From assembly GCA_964517845.1 (NCBI GenBank), contig CAZFCQ010000007.1:14087-78086 (forward strand): DNA of 64,000 nucleotides. Reading direction: 5' to 3'. Positions 59,640 through 64,000 of the stretch are shown piece by piece. The stretch's first letter is position 1. Each line of letters opens with the position of its first letter. Source of the DNA: an uncultured Thermoprotei archaeon (GTDB lineage: Archaea; Thermoproteota; Thermoprotei; QMSL01; B3-G16). Under the pieces are notes generated by a model. It had not been told where the DNA came from. It ran no database searches and worked only from the letters and a program-made list of their open reading frames with translations. The translations under genes and the position numbers were made by a program.

Positions 59640-59667
59640 GAAGTGTACACCAGCTACTATTTGAATA

Positions 59668-61053
59668 TCAGTCTACGACTACACCAATTATGAAGTCATT
59701 TACATTAGTGCCTGTAGGCCCTGTGAATATTAGAGAACCTCCTAATTCTTTGAAGAACGTATAGCTATCATTATTAGCTAAATACTCTTCATAGTTTAAA
59801 CCAGCTTTAATAGCTCTATCTAATGTATTTCCATCAACTATAGCACCTGCTGCATCAGTTATGCCATCTAAGCCATCAGAGCCCATAGACATTAAAGCAG
59901 TACCCTTAAGACCACTAATTATGCGTATTGCAGATAAAGCTAATTCTTGGTTGCGTCCACCTTTGCCTGAGCCTTTAACAGTAACCGTAGTCTCTCCACC
60001 TGCAATTATAACAGCAGGTTTCTTAACTGGTGAGTCGTGATCATGTATTTCACGAAGTATAGTACCTATAACTTTACCTACTTCTCTAGCCTCACCCTCT
60101 AGGTATGAGGTTATAATGAGAGAATTAAGCCCTAAGGATCTTGCTTTATGCTCCATAGACTGAAGTGAAACTCTATTACTAGCTATTATCGCATTAGTCA
60201 CCTTACTAAAGATTTCATCATTGGGTTTAGGAGTTTCGTTTATAGCACCCTTTACGCCAAGTTCAATCCATTCTCTAACACTATCGGGAACCTCATTCCA
60301 TATACCATATTTCTCCAGTATAGTTTTAGCATCTAGATATGTAGATGGATCAGGAGATGTAGGACCTGATGCTATACTACCCAGATCATCGCCTACAACA
60401 TCAGATATTATCAGAGATATTACTCTTGCAGGATATGCAGCTTTAGCAAGCCACCCACCTTTAATTCTTGAAATGTGTTTTCTAACAACATTAATTTCTT
60501 TTATCTCTGCACCGCACCTTAGTAAGAGCTTAGTAGTTTGCATCATATCCTCTAAAGTAATATCATTAGCAGGAAGAGTAGCTAAGGCTGAGCCTCCACC
60601 TGAGATTAAGCATATAACTAAATCGCCTTCTCCAGCTTTTTCAGCAATGGATAGTATTTTTTCAGCACAGTTCATAGAGCCTTTACCGGGTATTGGGTGT
60701 TCACCTTCACATGCACAAATTCTAGAGAGCTTATAACGCTTAGCTGTACCCTTAGGCACAGATATTACACCCTCAGTTATCTTATCCTTAAGTATCTCCT
60801 CTATTGCTTCAGCCATAGCTCCAGAAGCTTTGCCCATCCCTATAACATAGACGTTTTTTATCTTTGAAATATCTACACTGCATTTTCCTTTTACCATAAA
60901 GAGTTTGTCTCTTAATTCTACATATTTCCTAATTGCTACCTTAGGATTTGCAGCTCTTAAGCCTTCAAGTGCTAATTCAAGGGCTATTTTACGCGCTCTT
61001 CTACTTGCTTCATCTTTACCAGACTCTATAAGCTCCTTAAGATTTTGTATCAA
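59668..61053 (-). CDS. glycerate 2-kinase (MOFRL family)
   Basis: 461 aa with DUF4147/MOFRL architecture (VIGMGKASGAMA…GGETTVTVKGSGKGGRNQE). Confidence 0.8.
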   Translation of the reverse strand: MIQNLKELIESGKDEASRRARKIALELALEGLRAANPKVAIRKYVELRDKLFMVKGKCSVDISKIKNVYVIGMGKASGAMAEAIEEILKDKITEGVISVPKGTAKRYKLSRICACEGEHPIPGKGSMNCAEKILSIAEKAGEGDLVICLISGGGSALATLPANDITLEDMMQTTKLLLRCGAEIKEINVVRKHISRIKGGWLAKAAYPARVISLIISDVVGDDLGSIASGPTSPDPSTYLDAKTILEKYGIWNEVPDSVREWIELGVKGAINETPKPNDEIFSKVTNAIIASNRVSLQSMEHKARSLGLNSLIITSYLEGEAREVGKVIGTILREIHDHDSPVKKPAVIIAGGETTVTVKGSGKGGRNQELALSAIRIISGLKGTALMSMGSDGLDGITDAAGAIVDGNTLDRAIKAGLNYEEYLANNDSYTFFKELGGSLIFTGPTGTNVNDFIIGVVVD

Positions 61054-61105
61054 GGAATACCCCCTCGTCCTTAAGTATTATAATTAGAGAAAGATTTATG
61101 TACTC

Positions 61106-62224
61106 TTACTTTTTATGCTCCTTCAGTAACAAGAATATGATTAAGGCCAAAATTACTATGATTATAATAATCAGAGAAAGCAGTATTAGATCCCACCTTA
61201 ATAGAAACCTACTTTTCGTTAAATAAAGCTCGTCTTTCTCTATTAATTGGATATTATACCTTTCTAGCACATCTTTGAGTTTCCTAGCATCTTTAACATA
61301 ATCATAATTAGATATATATGCTAAGCTTAAAGTACCTCTTTGCCAAAAAGCAGCACCATTTATATGATCTAAAGCCGTATGAGATCTTCTAAGATAATAG
61401 GTCATATCAACAGGAACCCAGCCCCTATTAGATAGATAGACCAGCGACCATGCATGCCATCCAATATTTACGAGTTCAATTTTTACATGATTATTGTAAA
61501 TCGAATCTAGTTGGTGAGTGTTAGGCATATAAATGCAGCCAATCTGCATAAGAGCAGGAATTCTAGCTATTCTACATAAGGTTATTAAAAGCATAGCTTG
61601 CTCATCACAATCACCAGAACCTTCCTTTAGTACTTCATTAGGATATCTTGGGGGCATTTTTCCTCCATATTTCACATGCCCATCAATCCAGTCTATAAAA
61701 GAAATTAATATTTCAAAATCATTGTTTGATCCTCTGGATAAGTTGTAAGCTAGACTTCGTAAAATTTCATCATTAAGTTGCCAAGGACCATTTTCTGCTA
61801 GAAATTCGCCTAAGGAGGTGTTAAAAAGCGAGTCTATAGTTTTAGGATGTATTTCATATACGGTCTCCTCATAAACTATAGATAGTGATGAATTTAATGG
61901 AAGTAAGGGTAGTTCAAGGCGAATTATAGGATTAGTATCGATATCAAAGGAGATTTGCCATTTAGTGGGGGTATTATTAACAAGAACATACATTAGATAA
62001 GAGCGTTGCCAAGAAGTATTAGGAAATAAGTTTATGATATTTAATTCAATATCATTAGGATTAAAGACTCTTTTACTGCGATTAACGATTGTAAGGGAAC
62101 TTTTGAATTTATATTCTCTTACCTCAACACTGCTTCTAATCATAAGGATATTGAGAAGAGAGGCTAGGACTAATTCTGTTACCGCGAGTAGTATGATAAG
62201 CTTTTTAGTATTAAAGCGTGACAT
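61106..62224 (-). CDS. membrane-anchored transglutaminase-like cysteine protease-fold protein
   Basis: Cys-His-Asp triad context GSGDCDEQAML…WHAWSLVY…GWVPVD; N- and C-terminal TM helices. Confidence 0.7.
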   Translation of the reverse strand: MSRFNTKKLIILLAVTELVLASLLNILMIRSSVEVREYKFKSSLTIVNRSKRVFNPNDIELNIINLFPNTSWQRSYLMYVLVNNTPTKWQISFDIDTNPIIRLELPLLPLNSSLSIVYEETVYEIHPKTIDSLFNTSLGEFLAENGPWQLNDEILRSLAYNLSRGSNNDFEILISFIDWIDGHVKYGGKMPPRYPNEVLKEGSGDCDEQAMLLITLCRIARIPALMQIGCIYMPNTHQLDSIYNNHVKIELVNIGWHAWSLVYLSNRGWVPVDMTYYLRRSHTALDHINGAAFWQRGTLSLAYISNYDYVKDARKLKDVLERYNIQLIEKDELYLTKSRFLLRWDLILLSLIIIIIVILALIIFLLLKEHKK

Positions 62225-62295
62225 CTCTGATTACATAATCAACACAAATACTATAAAAGCACAATTGATACACTTTGAATAAATGGGGTGACTCA

Positions 62296-64000
62296 ATGCT
62301 TACAAGCTCTATAATTAAAACATTCCGTAGGTGGCCTTTACCTACTGGTATAGGGCATCCTAGAACATATTTCACTAAAGAAGAGATATCTGAACTTATT
62401 AAGAAAAGTGAGAAATGCTCAGAGCTTTTCAATAAAGTAATTTCTAGATGTGACTATTACTTAAGCAGGCTTGAGACGCATAAGATAGGTAACATAAGGA
62501 CTCTTGCTCATATATTAGAAGAGCTCTCAGTTGCCTATGTAATTAAAAGAAAAGATGCGTATCTCAAGAAGGCCCAAGAAATTATTAAGATTATACTCTC
62601 TCAAGAAGATTGGGTAATGCCAGAGCATAAACCTTTAAAGATAGATCTAGGCGTAGCTCACGTAGCTCAAGGTCTTGCGATATCTTATGATATGCTGTAT
62701 GAACACCTTTCAAGTGGAGAAAGAAGTAAGATAGAAGATATTTTAATAAATAACGTCTTAGACCCCTATCTTTCCATATGTGTTAACAAATCAGAGTGGT
62801 GGACTAGGTCTAAGTATAATTGGCGTAGTGTAATTTGTGGACGAATAGGTATAGTGGCTATAACTTTAGCTGAAGAATACCCTAATGCTAAAGCCTGTCT
62901 TGAAGAGTCTATAAAAGGAGTACTGGAAGTCCTTGACAATGGAGGGATTGATGGAGGATGGAGCGAAGGAATAGGTTATTGGGGGTATGGAATTGGCGAG
63001 GCAGTCCGTTTTGCAGATGTATTAGAGAGATTCTCAAATGGAGTCATAAACCTCTTTGAACATCAATTTCTCAAGAAAACAGGGGATTTTGGCCTTTACT
63101 GTTATACACCTGATGGAGGGTGTTTTAACTTTGCAGATTGTGCATACAATCCTCCTAATACTTGGTTAATGGCCAAACTTGCCAGTAAGTATAAGAATCC
63201 CTATTGGCAATGGTATGTAAATAGGAATCCGCCCATAAGCACATATGGATTTATAGTTTATGACCCTACTTTAGAAGAGAAAGATCCTAATGAGTTACCT
63301 AAATCGAAGCACTTCAGAAGTATCGATATAATAGTCCTACGTAGTGGCTGGAATATTGATGACGTAATATTCTTCTTCAAGAGCGGGAAGACTGCTGTAA
63401 GTCATTCGCATTTAGATATAAACTCTTTTGCATTAAATGCGTATGGTAAGAGACTTATTGTAGATTTAGGGAGGTGGGCCTATGCTCATGCAGCAGGCTT
63501 CTTTGACGTAAGGAAAAGACGTTGGGAGTATGATGCTAATGATACAATAGGTCATAATACAATTCTAGTGGATGGAAAGGGACAGAAATATGGAGAAGAT
63601 AATTACGGAAAAATCCTCAAATTTGAGAATTTAGGGGAATATTGTTACTTAGTCTCAGATGGAACTAAAGCTTATGGGAAATTACTAAACCACTTCATTA
63701 GATACGTTGTTTACATAAAACCCTACATGTTTCTGATAGTAGATGACTTATCTTCTGATGAGGATAGGAGATATGAGTGGCTTTTACACTATGAAGGAAA
63801 GATAGAAGGTAAGGATGAATTAAGAATAATTAACGAACCAGGAGTTCTTGATATAATATCATTAAAGCCAAATAGTGAGGAAGATAGAGTAATATCAATC
63901 AATAATAGGACTAGCTACTATAAAGCAACGTATGGCTGGGTCTCTTACGAAAATAAGTACTTAAGTATAATGCCACTTCACAGTAGGAAAGACTATAGGT
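62296..64000 (+). CDS. heparinase II/III-like (polysaccharide lyase-like) protein, C-terminally truncated by the window end
   Basis: Open frame from ATG 62296 to the window edge (not in the ORF track); HNTILVDGKGQ matches the heparinase II/III C-terminal motif; alpha/alpha toroid-like N-terminal part. Confidence 0.7.
   Translation, partial: MLTSSIIKTFRRWPLPTGIGHPRTYFTKEEISELIKKSEKCSELFNKVISRCDYYLSRLETHKIGNIRTLAHILEELSVAYVIKRKDAYLKKAQEIIKIILSQEDWVMPEHKPLKIDLGVAHVAQGLAISYDMLYEHLSSGERSKIEDILINNVLDPYLSICVNKSEWWTRSKYNWRSVICGRIGIVAITLAEEYPNAKACLEESIKGVLEVLDNGGIDGGWSEGIGYWGYGIGEAVRFADVLERFSNGVINLFEHQFLKKTGDFGLYCYTPDGGCFNFADCAYNPPNTWLMAKLASKYKNPYWQWYVNRNPPISTYGFIVYDPTLEEKDPNELPKSKHFRSIDIIVLRSGWNIDDVIFFFKSGKTAVSHSHLDINSFALNAYGKRLIVDLGRWAYAHAAGFFDVRKRRWEYDANDTIGHNTILVDGKGQKYGEDNYGKILKFENLGEYCYLVSDGTKAYGKLLNHFIRYVVYIKPYMFLIVDDLSSDEDRRYEWLLHYEGKIEGKDELRIINEPGVLDIISLKPNSEEDRVISINNRTSYYKATYGWVSYENKYLSIMPLHSRKDYR

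Noticed and set aside
1-64000. Search for CRISPR arrays, rRNA genes, IS elements/transposases, integrases or a prophage/island at the tRNA-Tyr gene
   Set aside because: No direct-repeat/spacer periodicity anywhere; no rRNA-like GC-rich blocks; no transposase, integrase or recombinase ORFs; tRNA-Tyr flanks are ordinary housekeeping or membrane genes without duplicated tRNA 3' ends.

Overview
Archaeal chromosome segment, about 35% GC. Spliced tRNA-Tyr, box C/D sRNA candidates, N-glycosylation sequons in secreted proteins, Shine-Dalgarno-coupled overlapping genes and a MOFRL glycerate kinase all point to a crenarchaeote (Thermoprotei, Sulfolobales-like). The threonyl-tRNA synthetase is full length rather than split. 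No rRNA, CRISPR array, integrase or transposase is present. The window is mostly core metabolism and translation. Contents, in order: thrB-like kinase; Moco biosynthesis cluster (mogA, two moeA, divergent moaA-moaC); nadE; phosphoglucosamine/phosphomannomutase; MoxR AAA+ / VWA pair next to a six- to seven-gene type IV pilus-like locus (FlaI/VirB11-like ATPase with C-terminal zinc ribbon, TadC/FlaJ-like platform, four small prepilin-like glycoproteins); CYTH protein; ATP-dependent DNA ligase; PRPP synthetase; ThrRS with editing domain; ThyA-like protein; hydantoinase/oxoprolinase A and B; carbohydrate-modification neighbourhood (GH57-like, sugar-phosphate isomerase, deacetylase-like, LbH acyltransferase); TrpRS; intron-containing tRNA-Tyr(GUA); undecaprenyl-diphosphate synthase; sugar nucleotidyltransferase; PheRS alpha and beta; LigT; ECF-type transporter (candidate S component, fused EcfAA', EcfT) with a DUF4430-like extracytoplasmic protein; macro domain / NUDIX / amidohydrolase set; glycerate 2-kinase; transglutaminase-like protein; heparinase II/III-like protein. 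Most worth follow-up: the uncharacterised pilus-like locus with its neighbouring MoxR-VWA pair, two box C/D sRNA candidates, a GC-rich structured intergenic element, a MoeA-PBP fusion, a Hjc/NucS-like nuclease-wHTH fusion, and the ECF/DUF4430 module.
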